IMG/VR virus record: IMGVR_UViG_3300029286_000024
Coordinates: 18,013 to 82,012 of that record
From: a virus
Strand: one strand, 5' to 3'
DNA: 64,000 bases
Shown here: one piece after another, positions 48,974 through 57,805 of the stretch
How the letters are laid out: the number at the start of each line of letters is the position of its first letter
How positions within the stretch are numbered: position 1 is the stretch's first letter
The notes under the pieces: model-generated
The model's input: the letters and a program-made list of their open reading frames with translations, nothing else
The model's database searches: none
Told to the model about the DNA's origin: nothing
Made by a program: the position numbers and the translations under genes

Positions 48974-49405
48974 CTACGCCGTAACAACAGCCGCCGTAAC
49001 AGGAGTCTCGATCTTCGGTGCCTTCGGCGTCTTCACCCGCTTGGCAGTCTTCGCTTTCTTCGTAACCGCCTTGACCGACTTCGTAACGGGCCGAATATGC
49101 CGAGCCAACTCCTTAGCCCGAAGCGAGAACTTGAACTTCCGCTCCTGCCCTGCAACCTTGTTCAAGGGCTGCATGAAATACTTATGCCCCTGAGACGAGA
49201 AGTTGCCCCGACAGTCACAACCCTTCCGAGTAGTGGCCTTACGGGGAGAAAGGAAAACCGAAGCCGTTGCCGTAGCCGCTCCCAGCTTCTTCCCCTTCTC
49301 CATGATGAACTTGACAATACCACTACGGGTCACGATCCCCTTCATGGTCTGCCGAACGTACTTCTCCACCGCCTGATACATACCACGATTGTAAACATAC
49401 TTCAT
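48974..49405 (-). CDS. Basic protein with histone-H1-like Lys/Ala/Pro tail
   Basis: KAVTKKAKTAKRVKTPKAPK; GC-richer codons. Confidence 0.7.
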   Translation of the reverse strand: MKYVYNRGMYQAVEKYVRQTMKGIVTRSGIVKFIMEKGKKLGAATATASVFLSPRKATTRKGCDCRGNFSSQGHKYFMQPLNKVAGQERKFKFSLRAKELARHIRPVTKSVKAVTKKAKTAKRVKTPKAPKIETPVTAAVVTA

Positions 49406-49635
49406 ACTCTTACCCTACCTTTCTTTACTGCGTTTTTGTTTCTTACTTCTTGATACCTAAACATCCGTTCAAGTACCATTACCATCTTTACGCACCATCA
49501 TAACAGAACGTGTAAGAAAGTCAAGAACTATTTTCAACTTTCTTCACCTACCAACTTACCATCCCTATCACCTTCCCTCAGTCTTATGCGTGTCATCATA
49601 GCACATTCTGAAAAAAAGTCAAGAACAATTTTGAC

Positions 49636-49896
49636 TTAAAGAAACTTTTTCAGAACCTCATATTCTGACTTCGTAACCTCTGTCAATCCACTTACCCAAC
49701 AAGCCAAACATCCGTCATGGAAATAATAAGTTCCTGCTTCATCTCCACTCGATCTCTCATCGCAAGTCCCATAGAAATTACGGACATAGGCATCCGCATC
49801 ATATATTTTGCTTCTTGTTCGTTGAAGAGACATACTATCAAATTCGTATTCTCCCACTCGAATCTTTATGGTCAGTAAAAAATATCTCATGATCAT
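49636..49896 (-). CDS. Hypothetical protein
   Basis: ORF in operon. Confidence 0.65.
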   Translation of the reverse strand: MIMRYFLLTIKIRVGEYEFDSMSLQRTRSKIYDADAYVRNFYGTCDERSSGDEAGTYYFHDGCLACWVSGLTEVTKSEYEVLKKFL

Positions 49897-49898
49897 CC

Positions 49899-50378
49899 TT
49901 AAATTTTGATAACCTTTTTCGCCTCATTACATCCAATGTATCTTGCTAGAGCGGATTGAACAGCCCGAATGTTTTTGGCCGCTTCAACACTCTCAACGGC
50001 TCTCCATGCTGTATTCATTTCGTCCCGCAAATAAAGAATGTCGTCAGAAGAAAAAAGACTGACATAACTATCCGCTTCCTCCTTGGCCTTTTCGAGAATG
50101 GCTTCCGTTGCGTCATCCTTAGCTTCTTCCAAAAGCTCTTGTTCATTTGGGGATTTATCAACTGCGGGAATTACCTTAACGTCTTTCTTATCCACCATTA
50201 AACGAACAATGGAATTGGCATCTACCAAATATCGCCCGTTACTCAGAGTGGCTACATATTGATAGGCAGGAAGAATTGAAACTCCAAACTTGGCAGAAGT
50301 TATAATGCGCTTGGGCTGAACTATTACTTGCTTGTCTGTCTTTTTCATTACATTACCCCATTTCTTTATTGACCACAT
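49899..50378 (-). CDS. Hypothetical protein
   Basis: Start probably 50348; N-domain resembles a 54-aa ORF at about 50599-50763. Confidence 0.65.
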   Translation of the reverse strand: MWSIKKWGNVMKKTDKQVIVQPKRIITSAKFGVSILPAYQYVATLSNGRYLVDANSIVRLMVDKKDVKVIPAVDKSPNEQELLEEAKDDATEAILEKAKEEADSYVSLFSSDDILYLRDEMNTAWRAVESVEAAKNIRAVQSALARYIGCNEAKKVIKI

Positions 50379-50771
50379 TTGCTCTCATTGTTAAAAACCA
50401 TCCTACCACAACTCCAAGGAAATGTCAATTATTATTTTCAAAAACTATTAATGATCTGCTCAACCTTTATCATCCACTCTTCCTCTGTACTCTCCCGAAC
50501 ATCATCATCAACGCCTTTCCATTCCTGTATCAGTTCAGAAGAAAGATACTTAACGATTTTCTGAGCAATGGTTTCATTGGCCCTTGGTTTCTGTTCTTTC
50601 ATCCTACCACCTCTACATTATTTCCCCGTACCATCACAAAAAGAGTTTCGTCAATCGCTACCAAAAATCGCCCATTGGTTAGCCGCTCTGCTTCATATTG
50701 AGCATAAGGACTTAAGGCAACCCCAAATTTACAGTAAACCCAATGACGTACATGTATTTTCATTTTTCCCC

Positions 50772-51122
50772 TCATTCCAATACCTTAACCCACTCTGCCC
50801 AAAAATCTGTCAAATTAACAATCGGTTTTTCCCCTTCTTGAACATATTCCTTGGTTACAGCAAATTCTACGGTAGAAGGATCAATAGGCGTCTTATCAAC
50901 TTTATGCCCACTTAAACCGGGAGCTAATACCATGAAATCACCCCCAATATGAAGTTTCCCATAATAACGAGATTGATCTTCACATTCAACGGAAAGAGTA
51001 TCCCCAATAATCGCTTCCGCACTCCTAGCTATCCCCGTTATGACTTCCAACCGACCTGCTTTTACGCATTGCAATTTCATCTGTCTCCTATTGCTTGAAT
51101 AAGAAAATGTTTTCTTATTCAA
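50772..51122 (-). CDS. Hypothetical protein
   Basis: AGGAG RBS suggests a start at 51080. Confidence 0.65.
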   Translation of the reverse strand: MNKKTFSYSSNRRQMKLQCVKAGRLEVITGIARSAEAIIGDTLSVECEDQSRYYGKLHIGGDFMVLAPGLSGHKVDKTPIDPSTVEFAVTKEYVQEGEKPIVNLTDFWAEWVKVLE

Positions 51123-51159
51123 TTGTTGAAATGCATCCTACCACAACTCCAAGGAAATG

Positions 51160-51705
51160 TCAAGCAACTTTTAATCCCAATTCCTTAAGATGTCGCTCTG
51201 TCCTTTCCAATACGTAACAAGAAGTAAAATCAGGACTTAAACATATCCCAATCGCTATAACCTGCGAAAGCTCTTCCTCTGTTATAAATTTCTTCCTTTT
51301 TGAAACCTTCTCCCATCCACAAATACTATGAGGCTTTCGTACTAAAAATGGATTCAACTTGGCATACATATTACAATATCCCGATGAACTACTGTTGTCC
51401 GGCCCCTCAACACAACTAGAAGCAGGATAAACCCAAAGAAAATGTTTCCGATTCCTTTCCCTTATATGATTCCCCCACGTACCGCACTCTAAAGAAGGTA
51501 TATTAGGAACATTTTCGCATAAATCGGAATGCCAATCTATGTTCATCAGACAATCATAAGAAAAAGAATTCATATGCCGAAGTAATTCATGATGATCTTG
51601 TTTGATCAACATCGGCTTATGTAGGGCGATTAACCGTTTTAAGAAATATTCCGGATGTCTCCCTGTCTTCCAATAATCTAAATCTACCGAAAGATATATG
51701 CCCAT
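51160..51705 (-). CDS. UPF0489/arginase-like metallohydrolase
   Basis: LSVDLDYW, DHHE, NIDWHSD, CLSPDF. Confidence 0.65.
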   Translation of the reverse strand: MGIYLSVDLDYWKTGRHPEYFLKRLIALHKPMLIKQDHHELLRHMNSFSYDCLMNIDWHSDLCENVPNIPSLECGTWGNHIRERNRKHFLWVYPASSCVEGPDNSSSSGYCNMYAKLNPFLVRKPHSICGWEKVSKRKKFITEEELSQVIAIGICLSPDFTSCYVLERTERHLKELGLKVA

Positions 51706-51813
51706 AAATCCCTTTCAGCGGAATCTTTCAAAAAAGATTCCTTTCTCAAATTTTGATGGCCTCATTGTACCCTACACCTTTGTTATTGTCAAGCTTAATG
51801 TGTTCTAATAATT

Positions 51814-51955
51814 TTTCCACGCCAAAATAAATCCCACGCTAGAAATATGCCTAAAATAATCCCACGCCAGAAATATATGGGAAAATCAATTGTTTCCACG
51901 CCAGAATTATATGAATTTTACACGCTAAAGACAATGCAATTTTCCACGCTAAAAT
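51814..51955 (+). repeat. Cluster of six (C/A)CACGC(C/T)A(G/A)A boxes
   Basis: Direct repeats at about 51817, 51834, 51862, 51896, 51920, 51944. Confidence 0.85.
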
Positions 51956-52032
51956 ATATGGTGAAAATCCTTGACAAAAAAAAAGGTCCGAAACCCCATG
52001 GCCCCGAACCTTTCTCCATATCTAAACAAACA

Positions 52033-52407
52033 TTATCCAACTATTCTGTAAATCTCTCCTCCCACTGCAATTCGAGTCACAGAATTTAAGGGAATAGATT
52101 TATAGCTACCTCTCCCGTTTAGTCTATCCTTGTCATCATATCGTAAACAATTGGTATCGTAAACTGTCAAAAGATCTTTCGATAAATCAACATCTTTCTT
52201 GTAAAGAGAATTTTTTAAAGTAGGAGCATGAACATATTGCGGCTTTCTTACCTGTAACCGACAACTCATCTTCCGTTTCTTCCCTGTACCTCTGGCGATA
52301 AAATGTACAGAAAAAATCTGATTCCCCGCTGACTTTATCAATGCCTTAACCCCCGCTACCTTCTCCCGTTCATTACCATATTCCATCACTCTCATAATAC
52401 CCTCCAT
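52033..52407 (-). CDS. SH3-barrel/WYL-like phage protein
   Basis: IFSVHF…RKM…LLTVYD…YKSIPL pattern. Confidence 0.55.
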   Translation of the reverse strand: MEGIMRVMEYGNEREKVAGVKALIKSAGNQIFSVHFIARGTGKKRKMSCRLQVRKPQYVHAPTLKNSLYKKDVDLSKDLLTVYDTNCLRYDDKDRLNGRGSYKSIPLNSVTRIAVGGEIYRIVG

Positions 52408-52477
52408 ATTTTATTGATTGATGTTCCCAAACCTTAACATCTTAATTATACATGAATTCCAGAGAATAACAAAATAA

Positions 52478-53041
52478 TTACCATTGAGTAGGAATAATCT
52501 TTACTACCTCTTCCTCCGCTTTTTCCAATTCTTCTGCCTTATTCTCTAACTCCTCTTGAACTTTTTGAGCATTCTCTATTACCTCTTTAGCTTTACGATC
52601 CTCTTCAGCTATCGATTCCTTAAATGCTTCCCGATCCCTTAATACTTGAGCCCTCTTAAATTCCTCTACCTCTTTAGTATTCCGTGCTTGTTTCTCACCT
52701 TCCCTCTGCGCACGATGCTTAATTTTATCCGCCCTGTTCTTAGCCGCTTCCTCAGGTATGGGCCACATTGCAAAATAACGCTCAAGAAAAGTAGGCTTCC
52801 TCCATACCTTGTTTAAATCTTCCCGATCTACATCCCTTAAACATGTATTGATTGGATGCCCCGGTAATTCAAAGTTAACTAAAATAATGACTTTCTCGTT
52901 AGTAATGTCTTCAGTGATCACTATCCCATATACACGACAACTAACCGGCCTTGTATGATTCGAATAATAATCAGGAGCAAATATCCATGAATCCTTTACC
53001 CAATATGTATTCAAATATGATTTCTTGTCTTTCTTGTCCAT
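52478..53041 (-). CDS. Hypothetical protein with coiled-coil C-terminus
   Basis: 187 aa, E/K-rich tail. Confidence 0.7.
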   Translation of the reverse strand: MDKKDKKSYLNTYWVKDSWIFAPDYYSNHTRPVSCRVYGIVITEDITNEKVIILVNFELPGHPINTCLRDVDREDLNKVWRKPTFLERYFAMWPIPEEAAKNRADKIKHRAQREGEKQARNTKEVEEFKRAQVLRDREAFKESIAEEDRKAKEVIENAQKVQEELENKAEELEKAEEEVVKIIPTQW

Positions 53042-53346
53042 ATTTACCCCCTATCATTCCGTGTATGTTTATTTAAGGTTTAAGAGATTTAATGATTCTT
53101 ACTTTGTGAAATTTTCCATCGCTTCCTAAAACCCGATGTCTCCCTGTTAATGCCCTAATAAAAACTGGCCCACCTACCGTCTCTACTAAAACGTTTTCGT
53201 AAATAACTGTCTCATTTTTTCTCATATTTACCCCCTATCATTCCGTGTATGTTTTATTACCATTCATCTGTATAATATTGTAGTAGAATATATTATTATT
53301 TCAAGATAAAAGAAGGATATTCCTAAAAAGTATAGAATCACTAGAC

Positions 53347-53517
53347 ATGAAAACATTATATAAGAAAAATAATACCCAATTCAACTTCCGTGTTAATGAA
53401 GAAGAATATACTATGGTTGAACTCCTACGAGAAAAATACTCCATCAATATTTCTGGAGCATTTAAAAACTTTCTCAAAGATCTTCTTAAAAAAATGCAGG
53501 ACTCTGAGAAAATATGA
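53347..53517 (+). CDS. 56-aa RHH-like protein
   Basis: QFNFRVNEEEY…INISGAFKNFL; ATGA overlap with the endonuclease. Confidence 0.7.
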   Translation: MKTLYKKNNTQFNFRVNEEEYTMVELLREKYSINISGAFKNFLKDLLKKMQDSEKI

Positions 53518-54317
53518 AATGTGGAATATATAAAATTAGAAATGCTATAAATAACAAGGTATATATTGGTAGTAGTATAATTATAGAGAAAAGATGGAGT
53601 ATTCATACAAAACAGTTAAATAAGAAAATTCATAAAAACCCACATCTTCAATCTGCGTGGAATAAATATGGACAATCTTCTTTTGAGTTTTCTGTAATAG
53701 AAGAATGTATTGAGGGGACTTTGTTGGTTCGTGAGGACATATGGATAAATTACTATGATAGCACAAACCCGTTAAAAGGTTATAATCTTTGTACAGCAGA
53801 AAGACACTTGCCTTCAGAAGGAACCAAACAGAAAATGAGAAATTCACACCTTGGCAAAACAATATCAAATATTACCAAACAGAAAATGAGAAATTCACAC
53901 CTTGGCAATAAATGCTATAATTTTGGAAAACATTTATCTGATGTTACTAAACAAAAGCTGAAAAATATGAATCTTGGAGAAAAACATCCTAATTTTGGCA
54001 AACATCGCTCTGAAGAAACAAAACAAAAAATAAGAGAATCTAACATGGGATCGAAAAATTGTAACTTTGGCAAGCATCAATCTGAGGAAACAAAACAAAA
54101 AACAAGAGATGCCTTTAAACAAAACGTAGAAGATGGCAAAATAAATAAAGGCACGTTTAGATCTGGGAAAGAACACCCCAATTATAAAAAACCCATGTCC
54201 CAAGAACAAAAATTTAAAATAGGAGAAGCAAACTCTGGCAAACGTCGATCCAATGAAACGCTACAAAAAATGAGAGTTGCATCATTAGAAATGTGGGCTA
54301 AAAGAAAACAAAAATAA
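53514..54317 (+). CDS. GIY-YIG homing endonuclease with NUMOD3 repeats
   Basis: CGIYKIRN…YIGSS; repeated SEETKQK. Confidence 0.9.
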   Translation: MKCGIYKIRNAINNKVYIGSSIIIEKRWSIHTKQLNKKIHKNPHLQSAWNKYGQSSFEFSVIEECIEGTLLVREDIWINYYDSTNPLKGYNLCTAERHLPSEGTKQKMRNSHLGKTISNITKQKMRNSHLGNKCYNFGKHLSDVTKQKLKNMNLGEKHPNFGKHRSEETKQKIRESNMGSKNCNFGKHQSEETKQKTRDAFKQNVEDGKINKGTFRSGKEHPNYKKPMSQEQKFKIGEANSGKRRSNETLQKMRVASLEMWAKRKQK

Positions 54318-54334
54318 ATCTAGTTCTCAGTAAT

Positions 54335-54793
54335 TTACCATTCTTCTCTGTCAATTTTCCCAATGTCTTCAGGTAAATCTATAGGTGTTTCCTCAACTTT
54401 TGGCATTGATTCTAATATATCTTGACAATCTTCCAAATGTTCTCGTTTACTTTTGATTTCCTTTTTAGAATGTTCTTTTGATAATTTCGAAATCCTCCCT
54501 CTAAATCCACATACTTGACATAATATAATATTTTTTTTGCCTTTTAAAATGTCCATCTTCCCTAATATAGATTTACATTTAGGACAAAATCCCATAAGCT
54601 TACAGATCTTTAAACCTGTAGCGGGATGTAATTCTTCCTCTTCCCTCAAATGTTTTGCGTATTTTGACTCTTTATACGTTTTCTTCCATTTCTTATACTT
54701 CCATTTTTTCCCTGTTCCCTTAACTTCTATGCTCCTTTCAGGTAATTTTTGCCCTTTCTTTACCTTGTTTTTCGAACCTTTTTTTCGCCCCAT
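54335..54793 (-). CDS. Basic protein with AT-hook-like N-terminus and zinc finger
   Basis: MGRKKGSKNK; CPKC…CQVC. Confidence 0.7.
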   Translation of the reverse strand: MGRKKGSKNKVKKGQKLPERSIEVKGTGKKWKYKKWKKTYKESKYAKHLREEEELHPATGLKICKLMGFCPKCKSILGKMDILKGKKNIILCQVCGFRGRISKLSKEHSKKEIKSKREHLEDCQDILESMPKVEETPIDLPEDIGKIDREEW

Positions 54794-54893
54794 ATTATCT
54801 CCTTTTAGTACATCTTAATAGATTCCTAAATAAATTCAAGAAATATTTCAAGATAAAAGAAGGATATTCCTAAAAAGTATAGAATCACTAGAC

Positions 54894-55067
54894 ATGAAAA
54901 CATTATATAAGAAAAATAATACCCAATTCAACTTCCGTGTTAATGAAGAAGAATATACTATGGTTGAACTCCTACGAGAAAAATACTCCATCAATATTTC
55001 TGGAGCATTTAAAAACTTCCTCAAAGATCTTCTCAAAAAAATGCAAGATAAGGAAAAATCATTATGA
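54894..55067 (+). CDS. 57-aa RHH-like protein (copy 2)
   Basis: Identical to 53347 ORF for the first 52 aa; ATGA overlap. Confidence 0.7.
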   Translation: MKTLYKKNNTQFNFRVNEEEYTMVELLREKYSINISGAFKNFLKDLLKKMQDKEKSL

Positions 55068-55747
55068 GATCAGGTATATCAAGTACATACGGCATATATG
55101 GAATTTTCAATACAATTAACAACAAAGTGTATATTGGCAGCACTGGAAGCACTCAGGGTTTTTCAAGAAGATGGGCCAGTCATAGATATAAATTGAGAAA
55201 TAACAAGGCCTTTAATTCATATCTTCAACATGCATGGGACAAATATGGCGAAGATTCTTTTGAGTTTAAAATTATAGAAGAATGCGGAGATAATGAGCGA
55301 ATACAAAAAGAGAACGATTGGATTAAACATTATGACAGTATGAACAGAGATAAGGGATATAACCTGAAAGATGCCGAACAATTCATTATGTCTGAGGAAA
55401 TTAAACAAAAAATAAGCAACTCTCTCAAATCGGGTTGGGCTAATGGTAACATAAAAACAACCGCAAAATTCATCAATACTATGTCTAAGAGAATGTCCGG
55501 TATAAATAACCCGATGTATGGTATCAGCTTACCAAGAACTAAAATCCAAATAATAAATGCGGCAAAAAAACTATCTAAACCAGTTAATCAAATAGATACT
55601 GATGGTAAAATAATCAATACCTTCCCCTCAATTAGAGAAGCACATCGAAAGTTTAATACCCTGCCAAATAATTCAATCGGCTTGTGTTGTCGTGGTAAAA
55701 AGAAACAAGCATATGGTTTTAGATGGGAATACTCTTTAGCTAGTTAA
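55064..55747 (+). CDS. GIY-YIG homing endonuclease with C-terminal NUMOD1/IENR1 domain
   Basis: GIYGIFN…YIGS; KPVNQ…FPSIREA…CCRGKKKQAYGFRW. Confidence 0.88.
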   Translation: MRSGISSTYGIYGIFNTINNKVYIGSTGSTQGFSRRWASHRYKLRNNKAFNSYLQHAWDKYGEDSFEFKIIEECGDNERIQKENDWIKHYDSMNRDKGYNLKDAEQFIMSEEIKQKISNSLKSGWANGNIKTTAKFINTMSKRMSGINNPMYGISLPRTKIQIINAAKKLSKPVNQIDTDGKIINTFPSIREAHRKFNTLPNNSIGLCCRGKKKQAYGFRWEYSLAS

Positions 55748-56250
55748 ATCGTTTCTATCTAGGTATATTCCAGCCTTCCCATGGTTTTATCCCCCTTATT
55801 AGCTCCCTATTGCCCCTAGAAACGTTTCAAATCCTCTTTACCAACCTTTACCCACATTACGTATTTTGTCCATTGTAATTCATTTAATTCTTTATTCAAG
55901 AGAAATTTAGCATTATTTTCGCCTTTCCCCCGAATTACCCCTATTTCCACGCCAAAATATACCAAAATTCCACGCCAAAAAAGCAAAAATATAGTCTAAA
56001 ACTATATTTTTGCCTTAAAATAGCACTAAAATGGCGGTATTTTTCTCCTTAAAAATATTGTTTACGTTACATTCCGTGGATATTATAAAACACTAAAAAG
56101 GGCTGATGTGGGGCGAAGTGGGGGAGGTGGGGGAAAGTGGGGTTTAGTGTAATTTATGAAATGAGTGGATGAAGCGATTCCAAACCCCTTATATCGTACA
56201 TTCCGTGCAAGGAATCTTTTTAAAAAGATTCCTTTGTATAGCTCCGGGGT

Positions 56251-56316
56251 ATATGCATTTTTTGTACATGGTATATGCATTTTTTGTACATGGGATATGC
56301 ATTTTTTGTACATTGG
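56251..56316. repeat. Tandem 22-bp repeat x3
   Basis: atatgcattttttgtacat(gg/tg)n. Confidence 0.9.
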
Positions 56317-56424
56317 GCTACATAGGGGCATTCCGTGGATGATTAAAGGATATGTTTATCTTACAACGAGACAGCCTTGAACTATTTTGATGTATTGCGC
56401 CTCATTCCTCATTCCGTGTATGTT

Positions 56425-57120
56425 TTAAGCGGCTTTATTATTAAGCAATGCATTTAATTCTCTGAGGATGATGGGGTTTTTGACATGGCATTTAATTCCT
56501 TTAAGGCTTTTGATGTTACGGCGTTGTTCGAGGGGTGTGGGTTCGCCTATAAAACCTTCATCCAATACATTAAAATTGGTTTTATTAAGGATAAAGCCGC
56601 TATTGTGATGGAGGTCAAAGATATGGTCAACATAGAATATCATATCGCCCATATTATGTTCTTGAAGGGCTTTTTTAGCTTGAATGAGTGTTAGGGTAGC
56701 ATTGGCCCATGATTTACCGCCAAAGTCAACATCCCATACCTTTTTATTTTTAAACAGAGCTTTAGTAGTTTCTAGTGAGATAGAGATAGGGGAAGAATGT
56801 TTATATACCTTAGCGAGATAATCTGAGACATAGCAAGCGGTATTGGAGTGGGACATTTTTTTACAGGCATTAATAAAGTGTCGAATTTCCCCTCTAACGC
56901 TAGCTTCTAGGGCTTTAACTTGTTCAGAGAGTAAGAGGGTAGTAGTTTTAGAGAGCAGGGAAGTAAGTCGTTGATAGGTAAAGTGGTCATTTTTAGATAG
57001 AGAGGTCATTAATTCGAGGGCATAGAAGTCCCAGAAGTGTTGTAATATTTGGGATTTGGACATTCTTTTCTTAAAAGGGTAAAGGGTGGCATGGATATAG
57101 TCTCTGGATATAATTTTCAT
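56425..57120 (-). CDS. Hypothetical protein
   Basis: FGGKSWA…DHIFDLHHNSG motif; ATGA coupling. Confidence 0.7.
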   Translation of the reverse strand: MKIISRDYIHATLYPFKKRMSKSQILQHFWDFYALELMTSLSKNDHFTYQRLTSLLSKTTTLLLSEQVKALEASVRGEIRHFINACKKMSHSNTACYVSDYLAKVYKHSSPISISLETTKALFKNKKVWDVDFGGKSWANATLTLIQAKKALQEHNMGDMIFYVDHIFDLHHNSGFILNKTNFNVLDEGFIGEPTPLEQRRNIKSLKGIKCHVKNPIILRELNALLNNKAA

Positions 57121-57389
57121 GGTATTATTCCTATATCCCATTCATAGGTATTGGGTCCATCTTCTCCGTAACAGGCATTTTTAACGAATGTCTTATATTT
57201 CTTAGATTCGCCTTGGGTTGGGTAGGTATATTTTTTACCGTTACAATCTATAGCGTTTATATTTATTATGGGACAATTAGTTAAGGCTCTAACCATTTGA
57301 TCTATGACCCAAGCTTTATGGTGGTTTGCGTCAATGCCTCCATATCTAACAGCTAGGGTTAATGCTTTTGCTATATTTCTATTTTTCAT
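57117..57389 (-). CDS. Hypothetical phage protein
   Basis: GGID..HHKAWVIDQMVRAL…W..GI.P motif. Confidence 0.75.
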   Translation of the reverse strand: MKNRNIAKALTLAVRYGGIDANHHKAWVIDQMVRALTNCPIININAIDCNGKKYTYPTQGESKKYKTFVKNACYGEDGPNTYEWDIGIIP

Positions 57390-57520
57390 AGGGGCAGATT
57401 AGCTAATATTATAGACTCCTTTTGTGGTTACTGAGGCAAGGTTTTTACTAGGGATGCAGATAATATTCAGTGCCCAGTTTATCCATTCTGCTATTTCTTT
57501 TGTGGTATAGTGTTTTTGTT

Positions 57521-57772
57521 TCATTTTACATCTTCATATTTTTGTTCTATGGCTTTTTTAGTATCGTCTAGGGATAGGTCTCCGCTAATAGATTGGTCGT
57601 ATTCTAGTTTACCAAAGGGGTGTATGATATTTTTAGTAAGGGTTTGGATACCTCTACCCCATCCTCCGTTTTGACTAAATCTAGCTACTACTTGACCATT
57701 TATTTCGTAGGTATAGATATCTCCTCTATCGAGCATACCTTTGGGTTCGTAATCTACTTTCCATTCTTTCAT
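57521..57772 (-). CDS. Hypothetical protein
   Basis: AAGGAG RBS. Confidence 0.65.
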   Translation of the reverse strand: MKEWKVDYEPKGMLDRGDIYTYEINGQVVARFSQNGGWGRGIQTLTKNIIHPFGKLEYDQSISGDLSLDDTKKAIEQKYEDVK

Positions 57773-57805
57773 GTTGCTCCTTTTGTTTTTTCATCTCTTA
57801 GTGAG

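Larger units (their letters stand above)
9520..51795 (-). repeat. Dispersed repeated sigma70-type promoter module (about 80 copies) dividing the region into cassettes
   Basis: Recurrent + strand (a/t)gtcaag = CTTGAC(A/T), 17-nt spacer ending TGN, then a -10 such as TAAGGT/TAAGCT/TAATCT/TAGGGT/TATAGT, e.g. 13962-14002, 25634-25673, 28508-28547. Confidence 0.9.
53297..55047 (+). repeat. About 200-bp near-identical duplication (53297-53500 / 54844-55047) of promoter plus RHH-like mini-gene
   Basis: Direct comparison shows only a few mismatches. Confidence 0.9.

Noticed and set aside
9726-51000. Many + strand ORFs within the array (e.g. 36652..37353, 37130..37690, 31207..31704)
   Set aside because: Antisense shadows of minus-strand genes that have promoters and RBS; no motifs or RBS of their own
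9520-51795. Repeated module as a CRISPR array or integron attC sites
   Set aside because: Repeats are degenerate, non-palindromic promoter consensus sequences separated by whole genes; no cas or intI gene in the window
53301-55036. Duplicated minus-strand ORFs 53301..53606 and 54848..55036
   Set aside because: Antisense to the RHH-like mini-genes, which have a promoter and ATGA coupling
44374-55747. Group I introns hosting the GIY-YIG genes
   Set aside because: The genes are antisense to intact flanking genes, with no split host gene or intron core evident
56083-56380. ORFs 56083..56331 and 56165..56380
   Set aside because: Arise from the 22-bp tandem repeat and G-tract; no RBS
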